Positions 33,451 through 46,710 of a stretch of 64,000 bases of DNA are shown here, in pieces. Numbering within the stretch: the stretch's first letter is position 1; the number at the start of each line of letters is the position of its first letter. A model generated the notes under the pieces. That model saw nothing but the letters and a program-made list of their open reading frames with translations, was not told the DNA's origin and made no database searches. The stretch is from Felis catus (Eukaryota), in contig NC_058368.1 of assembly GCF_018350175.1 (NCBI RefSeq), positions 83,950,001 to 84,014,000 of the forward strand, in the 5' to 3' direction. The position numbers and the translations under genes are program-made.

Positions 33451-36400
33451 TACAAATCCCCTAAAAATACCAGCACAAATCTCTTCAAATTGTTAAGTCT
33501 ATGGACAGTAGTGTGTTTCAGTTTCAGTTCTAGGGAAAACTGGATCTAAATTCATTTGGATTTCATGTTCATTTTTTCATATCCAATGTTTTTGTTTTTT
33601 CTTGTATTGTTTGTGTCTCTCTCTCTTTCTTTCTTTTTTTCTTTTCTTTTCTTTCTTGGATACAGAATGAGTAATATTTTATTTTTATTCTATTTTGTAT
33701 TCTTTATTATATTATTTTTAAGTTTTAAGTTTTTTTCTTCCTTGTTATTCTTTTCTATCTAGCTTCTCTCAATAAGAATACTGAAACACAACTAGGATCT
33801 CTCTTCCTTTATTTGATTTTGTTTTGTTTTGTTTGTAATTTTTTTAACTTAATTTTAATTTTATTATTTATTTCTTCCTCCAAAATAACAAGATCGAATA
33901 TATCACCTCCCCCAAAAAAAAGAACAGAAAGAAATGATGGCCAGGGATGTAATTATCACCAATATATATAAGATGTCTGAACTATAATTTAAAACGATAT
34001 AAGAACACTAGCTTCGGTTGAAAAAAGCATAGAAGACACAAGAGACTCTCTTTCAGTAGAGATGAAAGAACTAAAATCTAGTCAGACTGAAAATAAAAGT
34101 GCTATAACTGAGATACAATCTCAAATGGATGTCGTGACGGCAAGGGTGGATGAAGCAGAACAGTGAATCAGTGATATACAAGGTAAAATTATAGAAAAGA
34201 ATGAATCAGGAAAAAAGAGGGAAACAAAGGGAAAAGAGTATAATGCAAGACTTAAGGAATTGACTGACTTATTAAAAAGGAATAACATTCATATTATAAG
34301 AGTCTGAGAAGATGAACAGAGAGAAAAAGGGGAAGATGGTTTATGTGAGCAAATTATAACTGAAAATTTTCCTAATCTGGGAAAAGACACAGACATCAAA
34401 ATTCAAGAAGCACAAAGAACTCCCCTTAGATTCAACAAAAATCAACCATCACCAATGCATATCCTAGTCAAATTCACAAAATACTCACACAAGAAACAAA
34501 TCATAAAAGCAGCAAGGGAAAGAAAGTCCTTAACCTACAAGGGAATAAAACTGAGGTTCTCAGCAGATCTGTCCACAGATACATTTCAGTCCAGAAAAGA
34601 GTGGTGGGATATATTCAATATGCAAAATCAGAAAATATGCAACTAAGAATTATTTATCCAGCAAGGTTGTCATTCAGAATATAAAAAGAGATAAAGAGTT
34701 TCTCAGACAAACAAAAACTAAAGAAGTTTGTGACCACTAAACCAGGTTTGCAATAAATTTTAAGGGGGACTCTTTAAGTGGACAGAAAGCAAAACAAAAC
34801 AAAAAAGACCAAAAGCACCAAAGACTATAAAGGACCAGAGAACACCACCAGAAACACCAACTCTACAGGCAACACAATGGCACTAAATTCATATCTTATA
34901 ATAATCACTTTAAATGTAAATGTACTAAATGCTCCAAACAAAAGACATGGATATCAGAATGGAAAATAAATGAATAAATAAATAAGTAAACAAACAAATA
35001 AATAAATAAGACTAATCAATATGTTGCCTAAAAGAGACTCACTTTAGGCCTAAAGACACCTGCAGGTTGAAAGTAAGGGGATGGAAAACCATCTATCATG
35101 CTAATGTACATCCAAAGAAAGCAAGTAGCCATACTTATATCAGACAAACTAGATGTAAAAATAGAGACTGTAACAAGAGATGAAGAAGGGTATTATATCA
35201 TAATTAAGGGGTTTGTCCACTAAGAAAATCTAACAATATTACATATTTATACCCCAACTAGGAATCAACTAAATACATAAATAAATTAATCACAAAAATA
35301 AAAAAAAAAAACCCTCATTGATAATACAATAATAGTAGGGGATTTCTATACCCCACTTACAGCAATGGACAAGTCATATAAGCATAAAATCAATCAGGAA
35401 ACAATGTCTCTGATTGACACACTGGATAAGATGGGCTAAACAGATATATTCAGAACATTTCATCCTAAAGCACCAGAATACACATTCTTCTCAAGTGCAT
35501 ATGAAACATTCTCCAGAATAGATCACACACTGCACCATAAATCAGGCCTTAGCCAGGACAAAAAGATTGATATCACATGCATATTTTCAGACCACAACCT
35601 TATGAAAATTGAAATTAACCACAAGAAAAACTTTGGAAAGACAACGAGAAAAAAAATTGGAAAGAACACAAGGGCTTGCAGATTAAAGAACATCCTACTA
35701 AAAATGAATGGGTTAACCAAAAAATTAATGAAGAAATAAAAAAGTACATGGAAGCAATGAAAATGAAGACACAACAGTCCAAAGCTTTTGGGATGCAACA
35801 AAGGTTGTCAAAAGAGGGAAATATATAACAATCCAGGCCATCCTAAAGGAGGAAGAAATGTGTCATATACACAACCTAACCATACACATAAAGAAGCTGA
35901 AAAAGAACATCAGATAAAGCCAAAAACCAGCAGAAGGGAAATAATAAAGATTAGAGCAGAAATCAATGATATTGAAATTAAAAAAAAAATCCAGTAAAAC
36001 AGATTAACGAAACTAGCAGCTTGTTCCTTAAAGAATTAAAATTTATAGCCACTTAGGCAGATTTATCAAAAAGAACAAGGAAATTACCCAAATAAATAAA
36101 ATCATGAGTGAAAGAGGAGAAGACAATCAACATCTCAGAAATACAAACAATAGTAAGAGATTATTATGAGCAAATATATGCCAATGAATTGGGCAATCTG
36201 GAAGTAATGGATAAATTCTTAGAAACATATAAGCTACCAAAACTGAAACAAGAAACAATAGAAAATTATAACAGATCCATAACTGGTAAAAAAACAAAAT
36301 CAGTAATCAAAAATCTGCCAACAAACAAGAGTTCAGTGTCAGATGGCATTCCAGGGAATTCTACCAAACATTTAAAAAAGAGTTAATACCTATTTTTATT

Positions 36401-39301
36401 AAAGTGTTCCAAAATTATCTATTTTTTAAAATGTTACAAAAAATAAAAATGGACTGAAAGCTTCCAATCTCATTTTGTGAGGTCAGAATTACCTTGATTC
36501 CCAAACTAGACAAAGACCCGACTAAAAAGGAGAACTGCAGACCAATTTTCCAGAGAAACATGGATGCAAAAATTCTCAACAATAACTAGCAAATCAAATC
36601 TGACAATACATTCAAAGAATTATTCACAATGATCAGGTGGGATTTATTGTGGGCTGCAGGGTTGGTTCAATATCTGCAAATCAATGAACATGATATATCA
36701 CACTAATAAAAGAAAAGATAAGAACCCCAGGATCCTCTCAATATATACAGAAAAATCATTTGACAAAATAAAGCATCCTATTTTGATAAAAACTGTCAAG
36801 AAAGTTAGGATAGAAGGAACATACCTCAACATCATAAAAGTCACGTAAGAAAGACCCACAGCTTCCCCATAGAAGCCTCAATGGGGGAAAACTGAGAGAT
36901 TTTCCCCTAAGGTCAGGAATGTGACAGGGATGTCCACTCTCACCACTGTTGTTCAGAATTGTACTGAAAGTCCTAGCCTCAGCAATCAGACTGCAAAAAG
37001 AAATAAAAGGCATTAAAATTAGCAAGGAAGAAGTCAAACGTTCACACTTTGCAAAGGACATGGCATTCTACACGGAAAACCCAAAAAACTCCACCAGAAA
37101 ATTTCTAGAACTGATCCATGAATTTAGCAAAGTCTCAGGATACAAAATCAAAGAATAGAAATCTGTTGCATTGCTATACGCCAATAATAAATCAGCAGAA
37201 AGAGAAATCAAGGAATCTATCCCATTTACAATTGCACCAAAAAACATAAGATACTTAGGAATAAACTTAACCAAAGAGGTAAAAGATATGTACACTGAAA
37301 ACTACAGAAAGCTTATGAAAGAAATTGAGGAAAACACAAAGAAATTGAAAAATATTCCACGCTCATGGGTTGGAAGAACAAATATTGTTAAAATGTCAAT
37401 ACTACCTAAAGCAATCTACATATTCAATATAATCCCTATCAAAATGACACCAGCATTCCTCAGAGAACAAGAACAATACTAAAATTTGTATGGAAACAGA
37501 ATACCTGGAAAGTCAAAACCACGTTTAAAAAGAAAAGCAAAACTGTAGGCGTCACAATTCTGGACACTGAGCTGTATGACAAATCTTGAATCATTAAGAC
37601 AGTATGGTACTGACACAAAAACAGACACATATATCAGTGCAACAGAACAGAGAACCTAGAAACAGACCCACAAATGTATGGCCAACAAATTGTTTACAAA
37701 GCAGGAAAGAATATCCAATGGAATAAAGACAGTGTCTTCAGCAAATGGTGTTGGGAAAACTGGACAGCAACATGCAGAAAAATGAACTTGGACCACTTTC
37801 TTAAACCATAAACAAAAATAAACTCAAAATGGGTGAAAAACCTGAATGTAAGACAGGAAACCATCATTACCCTAGAGGAGAAAACATGCAACAACCTCTT
37901 TGACTTTGGGTGCAACAACTTCTTTGTAGACATGTCTCTGGAGGCAAAGGAAATAAAAGCAAAAACAAACTATGGGGAACTCGTCAAGATAAAAATCTTC
38001 ACAGAGAAGGAAACAATCAACAAAACTAAAAGGCGACTGACAGAATGGGGAAAGATGTTTGCAAATGACATATTAGATAAAGGGTTGGTATCCAAAATCT
38101 ATAAAGAATTTATCAAACTCAACACCCCAAAAAATAATTAATCCAGTGAAGAAATGGGCAGAAGACATAAACAGACACTTTTCCAAAGAATACATCCAGA
38201 TGGCTAATAAACATATGAAAAGATGTTCAACATCACTCATCATAAGGGAAATACAAATCAAAACTACTATAAGATACTACCTCACACCTGTAAGAATGGC
38301 TAAAATTATAAAATCAGGAAACAACAGATATTGGTGAGGATGTGGAGAAATGGAAACCCTTTTTACCTGTTGGTGGGAATGCAAATTGGTACAGCCACCC
38401 TGGAGAACAGTACAGATGTTTCCTCAAAAAAATTGAAAATAGTGGTACCCTATGACCCAATTGCATTACTAGGTATTTATTCAAAGAATACAAAAATGCT
38501 GATCAAAGAGGCACATGTATTCCAATGTTTGTAGCAGCATTATCAACAATAGCCAAATTATAGAAAAATCCCAATGTCCATTGACTGACAAATAGATAAA
38601 GAAGGGGTTTAAGGGTGCCTTGGTGGCTCAGTTGGTTAGGTGTATGACTCTTGGTTTTGGCTCAAGGTAATGATCTAATGGTTCTTGAGACTGAGCCCCA
38701 TGCCAGAGTCTGTGCTGACAGCAGGGAGCTTGTTGGGATTCTCTCTCTTCCTCTCTGTCTGTCCCTCCCCAACTCGTGCTCACTCACTCTCTCTCTCTCT
38801 CTCTCTCAAAATAAATGCATAAACTTAAAAAAAGAAGTGGTGCATATATATGATGGAATATTACTTGGCTATCATAAAGAATAAAATATTGCCACTTGCA
38901 ACATGTATGAAACTAGAATATTTTATGCTAAGTGAAAAAAGTCAGAAAAAGACAAATATTATGTAATTTCATTCATATGTGGAATTTAAGAAACAAAACC
39001 CCATGAACATAGGGAAAGGAGGGAAAAATAAGATAAAAACAGAGAGGCATACCGTAAGAGACTCTTAAATACAGAGGACAAATTAAGGGTTGCTGAAGGG
39101 AAGGTGGGTAAGGGAATGGGTTAAATGGGTGATGGGTCCTAAGAAAGGCACTTGTTGGGATGAACACTGGGTGTTAAATATAAATGTTGAATCACTAAAT
39201 TCTACTCTTGAAACCACTATTGCACTCTATGTTAACTAACTTGGATTTAAATAAAACTTAAAAGTAAATAAATAAAAGAAAAAAATTTGAAAGCAAAAAT
39301 A

Positions 39302-39340
<39 letters not shown>

Positions 39341-39345
39341 AATAA
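33450..39345 (+). mobile_element. Decayed L1: T-rich distal 5'UTR, ORF1 (~33885-34775), ORF2 (~34877-38890), 3'UTR and (TAAA)n tail
   Basis: [68 protein letters not shown]; many stops. Confidence 0.94.
38612..38833 (+). mobile_element. Can-SINE (older)
   Basis: GGGTGCCTTGGTGGCTCAGTTGGTTAG head; degenerate TSD AAAGAAG(G/T)GGT. Confidence 0.9.
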
Positions 39346-40092
39346 GACATGTGGCCACTGAAAGTAAAACTTCCCAACCTTTATCTCTTCTTTAAAATAA
39401 AAATTGAACAGACAAAACTGTTTTTATTCAGTGTTTTGGATTTTTGAAATCTAATAAGATTACTAGAGATATGCTAAAAGTAGAAGAAAGCTATGAATAT
39501 TTTATAGTATATGTCATTTTCACTTCCCATCACAGCAAGAGCTATTAACATGGCAGTGTCTGTTCTTGTTCCAACCTGCTGCTTACAGAGGGAGGAGTGT
39601 GAATCTTGTTCTTGGAGGATTAAGGTTTTCTGAGTTTACCTGGTTGTATTTTGGTTTCTTTAATGATCAGCCAAACGCTTGCTAGTAATTTACCACCTTC
39701 AATCTTTCTTGAGTACATTCCTCTTGAAAACATTTACAGGTAAATATAGTAGCTTCAGCTACCCTGGCAAAGCAAAATCAGGTAAGATGGCAATAGAAAA
39801 TCCAAAATAACTGGACAAGAAAGGGCTGGGAAAAGATGTGTGCAGGAGCAGAAGCTCTGAAAAGGTTTCATGTATAAAAGAAAAAAGAAGGCCACATATA
39901 TGTCCAGGACCACATGCATGTTTATAAAGGATGTGAGAATACCCTTAATTTTCATCTGTGGCTTCTTCTAATTTCCATGCAAATAGAAATTGAAATATGA
40001 CAGACTAGTATATAATCTGGTTATGTATTGAATAAGTAAAGAACATAGACCCTAATTCACAAAGAATTTGGAAAGCTTTTCTTTTTCTTTTC

Positions 40093-40318
40093 CTTTTTTT
40101 TTTTTTATTTTTTTTTCAACATTTATTTATTTTTGGGACAGAGAGAGACAGAGCATGAACGGGGGAGGGGCAGAGAGAGAGGGAGACACAGAATCGGAAA
40201 CAGGCTCCAGGCTCCGAGCCATCAGCCCAGAGCCCGACGCGGGGCTCGAACTCACGGACCGCGAGAACGTGACCTGGCTGAAGTCGGACGCTTAACCGAC
40301 TGCGCCACCCAGGCGCCC
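40093..40318 (-). mobile_element. Young Can-SINE
   Basis: Nearly identical to the 23842-24065 copy; flanked by TTTTC(T/C)TTTCC(C)TTTT. Confidence 0.97.
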
Positions 40319-41465
40319 CTTTCCTTTCCTTTTTAATTTTGGTTTCAAGATTTCTGCCAAATAAGAAACTGTTCACTAAGCTAACAAAACAGAAAATTAA
40401 ATGTGAATGCACTACATATTATATTTAAATTAAATGTAAATTAAATTATATTTAAATTAAATGCGAATGCACTACATATGGTACATTCTTTACAAAAAGA
40501 TTTATAAAAGGTCCATAAAAAAAGAAATAAATAACTACAACCCTCAATAATTAAAAAAAAAAAACTGAGGAAGTAAGGGGAATCTGATTTCCACAGTTAC
40601 TATATTATAATTTTCAAATGTTTAGTCTTCAATAAAAAAATATAGATATGCAAGGAAATAAGAAACTACACACTATTCAGTAGAAAAGAAAAATAAAAAC
40701 TCTCCATGAAAAAGTTCAGATAAGGGATTTGTTAAACAAGTAATTTATATAAGGTGTCTCAAATATGCTCAAATAGTTTATGGAAATTATAGTAAATCTA
40801 AATAATAAAGCCTCGTCAATAGATATTATCAAAATATTGAAAAATTTAAAAATAAAATTAAATAGAATTTATGGAGTTTAAATTTACTAGGGTTTCATCA
40901 ACAGATTTGAGCAGACAAAAGAAGGACCAGTGATACTGAAGAAAAGACAATCAATTATTAATTCAGAAATAGAAAATAAAAGAAAAAAAAGTACAGTCTC
41001 AGAGAGCGGTAGAACAGAAACAAATGAAGCACAATAAACATAATAGGAGTTCAGAAGGTGACAAGAATGAGAAAAGAATAACAATAACACTTGAAAAAAC
41101 AATGGCTTAACATTTCCCAAATTGGTGAGTGACATGAATCAAAACAAAACAAAACAAAATCAATGATCTCTAAATAGGATAAAGTACAAGAGACTCACAG
41201 CTAGACACATTATAATCAAACTGTCACAAACCAAAAACAGAGAGACTACTGAAAGTTGCAAGAGAAAAGGAATTTATCACATGCAAATGATTATCAATTA
41301 GAATAACATCAGATTTCTCATCGGAAATTATAAAGGGCCAAAGGCAGTGAGATAATGTACTCAACTTGACTAAAAAATATTTGTCAACCAAGAATACTGT
41401 ATCTGGCAAACTATTCTTCAAAATTAAAACAGTTTAATATTCCCATATACACACATCCTGAGGGA

Positions 41466-41690
41466 TTTTTTTAAATTAATTAGTTAACGTTTATTTATTT
41501 TTGGAAGAGAGAGAGAGTGGGGAGGAGCAGAGAGAGAGGCAGAATCTGAAACAGGCTCTAGGCTCTGAGCTGTCAGAACAGAGTCCAACGTGGGGCTCAA
41601 ACTCAGGAACCATGAGTTCAGGACCTGAGCCGAAGTCAGATACTTAACCAACTGAGCAACCCAGGCTCCCATCCTGAGTGTTTTTACTCC
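41466..41690 (-). mobile_element. Can-SINE
   Basis: Antisense SINE; CATCCTGAG on both sides. Confidence 0.92.
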
Positions 41691-42524
41691 TTGTATATCT
41701 TTCCTACAAAAATGTTAATAGAATTATTTTTGCTTAAATGAAAGGACACTCACTATATGCTCGGTTGAATCAGCACAAAGAAATGAAGGTAACTACATGG
41801 GTAAATACAAAATATAGTATTTTGTATTATTCATTTGTCATTATTATTTTTGTCCTTTCCTGTATGATTTATAAAGCAAATGCATACATGATAATAATAA
41901 AGTTGTGTTAAAGAGAAGAAAATATATAAAGATGTGATTTTGGCAATAACAACAACAAAAACAACATCAACAAGCAACAACGGGACAATGCTATATAGAA
42001 ACAGGTTTTGTATACCATTGATGTAAAATCCATATTCATTCAAGCTAGATTTGTATAAATTGAAAATGTATAAATCCAAGGTAACTATGAAAAAATAACT
42101 ACAAACATACAAAAAAGGGGGGATGAGAGAGAAGCAAAATAACATATATAAAATCAGCTAACAAAAAGAATGTAAAATATGAAAAATAAAAAATGTAGAA
42201 ATACAAAACAAATTGCAACATGGAAAAATCATGTGTTTTCTTATCTGTAATTACCTGAATTTTTAACAGATTAAATTACAAATTGTAAATTAGAGATTGC
42301 AGAATGGATAAAATAATCCAAATATACACCGTCTTAAAAAATCCTTACTCTAAGTCCAAAGACACCAAAGATTGAAAATAAAAGGATGGAAACAATATTA
42401 CATGTGAATAATAACTAAAATTGAAGGATACCAATAATAATAAAAGAAAAAATACACTTTAAGCAAAACATTGTTACAAGAGAAAGATACGAATGATATA
42501 TACAGATAAAACGGTCAATTGATT

Positions 42525-42752
42525 GGGGCACCTGGGTGGCTCAGTCGGTTGAGCATTCGACTTCAGCTCAGGTCATGATTTCACAGTCTGTGAGTTTGGG
42601 CCCCCCGTTGGGCTCTGTGCTGACAACTCAGAGCCTGGAGCCTACTTCGGATTCTGTCTTCCTCTCTCTCTACCCCTCCCTTGTTCACGCTCTGTCTCTG
42701 TCTCTCTCTCTCTCCCTCTCTTTCAAAAGTAAATAAACATTAAAAAACATTT
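42525..42752 (+). mobile_element. Can-SINE
   Basis: TSD AAA(C/T)GGTCAATTGAT. Confidence 0.95.
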
Positions 42753-43086
42753 TAAATGGTCAATTGATCAAGAAAATATAATATTAACCTATACATTCAT
42801 AACAAAAGATTCATAAAATATGTTGAAAACAATGGACAAATGAGAAGAGAGAAATAGACATTCCAACAATAACAACTGGAGACTTCAATAACTTTATTTT
42901 CAAAAACAGAGATAAAAACGTAGAAAATCAACAAGCAAAAGAAAATTTATTTTCACCTCATTACACCTAACATATACAGAACACTCCAACTCAATATAGT
43001 ACAAACTTTTCCAGTTCACATGGAGTAACATTCTTCAAGGTAAATCATTATTAAAAAAAAAATGTTTAAACCAGTCTCAAAAAACA

Positions 43087-43281
43087 TTTTTATTTGTTTT
43101 TTAATGTTTTTTTTAAATTTATTTAGAGAGTGCAAGCATGGGAGGGGCAGAGAGAGACGGACAGATCTGAAGCAGGTTCTGCACTGACAGCAGAGAGCCT
43201 GATGTGGAGCTTGAATTCATAAAACATGAGATCATAACCTAAGCCAAAGTCAAATGCCCAACCGAGACACCCAGAACCCCC
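43087..43281 (-). mobile_element. Can-SINE (older)
   Basis: GGAGGGGCAGAGAGAG..TCTGCACTGACAGCAGAGAGCCTGATGTGG. Confidence 0.88.
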
Positions 43282-45283
43282 AACACTTTTTTTAATTAGA
43301 GTCATATACTGTATATTTTATTGCCTCTAATGGAATTAAATAACAGAGAGAAAATTAGAACATTCACAAATAAGTGGAAATTAAAATATATACTTTTAAA
43401 CTATCACCATATTACATAGAAATCATGATGTAAATTCGAAAATAATTTTAGACAAATGATGGGGAAAACAAATATCAATACTTTATCAGGTGCAATGACT
43501 ACAGTGTTCACAGGAAAATTTAAAACTATAAATACTTATGTCAACAAGAAATATCCCAAGTTAATAATCTAATTTTTCATCTTACAGAAATGGAAAAAGA
43601 AGAGCAAATTTAATGTATAGCTATTGGAAGGAAGAAAATAATAAAAACTAAAGAGACAAATAAGAGAGAAAATAGAGAAAAACAATAGAATAATTAAACT
43701 CAAATACTGATATGTTGAGATCAATAAAATTGGCATACCTTAATGTAAATTGATTAGGAAAAAAGAGAAAAAAGACAAACTACTAAAATCATACATGAAG
43801 TGGAGACCTTAGTACTGAAATTATATTTTTTAAAAAAGATTATTACAGAAAATCATTGGTTAAATAAGATTAAGTGGATAATTTATTACATGTAATCTAT
43901 CAAAAGTGACTTAATAAAAATATATAATCTCAACATATTTATAACACGTAAGAGATTGCACAGAAGATATCTTTAAAACTTACAAAAAAGAAAAAGTCCA
44001 GGACTAGATGGTTTCACTGCTCAATTCTACCATACATTTACAGAAGAATTAACATCCGTTTTTCTAAGTATATTACAAAAATGAAGAGTAGGGGATACTT
44101 TCTATCTTATTCCATGAAAGAAGAGATAAAAGGATAAATGAAGTCTGATATATCTATGCAATAAAATATTATTCAACTGTGGAAGGGACAAAAAAATACT
44201 GATACACGTCTTAACATGGATGAACCAAGAATATATTATTCTAGCAAAAGAAGCTAGACACAGAAGACTGCATATGTTTAATTCCATTATACAAAATATT
44301 TGCAATATTCACAACCATGGAGACAGTAGCTGATTAGTGTTGGCCAGGGTCTGTTGGAGAAGGACCATGGGCAATGATTGCTTAAATTATGTGGTTTGTT
44401 TTTGAGGTGACAAAGATGTTCCAGAACTACATAAGGGTGATCATTGTACAAAATTGCAAATGTACTGAATACCACTGAATCTAATATTTTAAATGACATT
44501 TTTTGTATATTTTACTACAATACAAAAAAATGAAGGGAATATTTAGAGAAATAAATAAATAAATAATAAAATAATAAAATATTCTACTAACCTAATTGTC
44601 TACAAAATGAAAATTAAAATATAGATTTTTTTAAAAACACAAGTAATTTGAAATTAAGAATTCAATGAATGGGTTTAACTACAGTAAGAAGATTACTGAA
44701 CTGGAAATTAGGTTGGTAGAAAATACCCAGGTGACACCAAGAGAGAACATAGTGTGGATAATGCAAAAGTGAATAAGATATATATGAAAACTGGGAGAAA
44801 ATGTAAAATATATGTAATTAGAGAAAATGGCTGAGAGGAGTCAGATAAAACATATGAATCAATATTGTATAAAGCTTTCTCAATCTTGACATACTATAGC
44901 AACCTATAGATTCAAAAAACTCTGTGAACCCTTATATAGAATATGGATTAGGGAAAAATACACCTAAACCTATAATATTCAACTTATAAATACTTTTTTT
45001 TGAAAATCAAAACAAGAAAAAAATCTTAAAAGCAGCCCCAGAAAATGGTACTAAATTCAGAGTGGCAGATGATTTATGGCTCATTGCCACCAAAATGATG
45101 GAAGTCAGAAGATATCTTCAAAACTGCTAAAAACTCTTGTTAACCTACAATTCTACATGCACTAAAAAGGACACATTCAAAATGTTTAAGGTCTTGCCTG
45201 TATTACATAATATAATCTGTAATTGTTCCCAAATATTCATTTCATTCTCTGTTAGGCTTTTATTTAATTTTTAGTGGCACAGT

Positions 45284-45772
45284 TTTTTTTTTTTTTCATT
45301 TTTTTTCTTCTATATAAGTATAGTTGACATAAAATATCAAATTACTTTCAGGTGTAAAACACAGTGATTCAGGATTATATACAATATGAATGCTTACCAC
45401 AATAGGTACTACAATATTGTTGACTATATTCCCTAGGCTATACTTTTCATCCTGTGACTTATTTATTTCATTACTGGAATTTGTACCTCTAATCCCTTGC
45501 ACCCATTTTGCCCATCCACCCACTCCTCTCCCATTTGTCAACCATCAGTTTGTTCTCTGTATTGATGATTCTCTTCTCTCTCTTTTGTTGTTTGTTCTTT
45601 GTTTTCTTTTTTAGATTCCACATATAAATAAAATCATATGGTATTTTTTTCTTTTCTTGTCTCATTTAATTTAGCATAATACCCTATAGGTTACTCCATA
45701 CTGTCATAAATGGTGTGATTTCTATCTTTTTTATGGCCAAGTAATATTTCATCTTGTATATATACCACTCTT
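45284..45772 (-). mobile_element. L1 3' end (older type)
   Basis: Poly(T) then GTATAGTTGACAT..TTTTTAGATTCCACATATAA..TTAGCATAATACCCT. Confidence 0.85.
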
Positions 45773-46710
45773 TGGGTGTTTTTGAATGTATAAAAATTCA
45801 CTGTTTTATTCTAATAGAATAATTATATTAAATATTACAAAAATATTTCCAATTATGCACAGCTTTCCACATAATATTTTTTGATGCACAATTTTACAAT
45901 TTTATTGACTGAAGTAAAATTAACACACAATTTTACATTAGTTTCAAGTATACAACATAGTTATTTGACCACACTATACATTATGCTATGCTCATAACTA
46001 GTATTGCTATCATCTGTCACTCTACAACACTATTATAATGCCACTGCCTATATTCACTGTGCTGTATCTTTCATCATTGTGACATTTTTTATTCTGTAAC
46101 TGAAAGCCTGTACCTCTCACTTATCTTCACCAATTTTGGCCCAGCTTTCCATTTGCTACACTTCTGACAACAATGAGTTTGTTCCCTGTATTTACAGGTC
46201 TGTGCCCCTGTTTTTGTTTGTTTGTTTGTTTGTTTGTTTGTTTTGTTTATTCATTGTTTCATTGGTTTTTATAGATTACACATAAAAGTTAAATAATATG
46301 GTATTTGTCTTGCTGTGTCTGCTGTGATTTATTTCACTTAATGTAATACCCTCTAAGTCCATCCATGTTGTTACAAATGGCAAGATATCATTATTTTTTA
46401 TGGCTCAGTAATATTCCATTTATATCATTTTCTTTGTCTATCTATGGATGAAGACTTGGGTTGCTTACATAGTTGGCTAATGTAAATGATGCTGCAATAA
46501 ACATATGGGTGCATGTAGTGCTTAAATTAGTGTATTTGTTTTCTTTCTGTAAGTACCCAGGAGTAGAATTACTGGATCATATAATACTTTTATTTGTAGC
46601 TTTTAAAGAACCTCCGTGTTGTTTTCCATAGTAGTTTCACCAATTTACATTCCCACTAACAGTGCACAAGTGTTCCCTTTTATCTACATCCACATCAACA
46701 CTTGTTTCTT

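Larger units (their letters stand above)
39350..44530 (+). mobile_element. Old mammalian L1 (L1M/L1MB-like): 5' region, ORF1, partial ORF2, 3' end
   Basis: Degenerate ORF1 (AGACACATTATAATCAAACTG, CAGATTTCTCATCGGAAA, TATCTGGCAAACTATTCTTCAAAA), ORF2 (GGAGACTTCAATA, AAAAGTCCAGGACTAGATGGTTTCACTG), 3' end (AACATGGATGAACC..AATGTACTGAATACCACTGAAT). Confidence 0.8.
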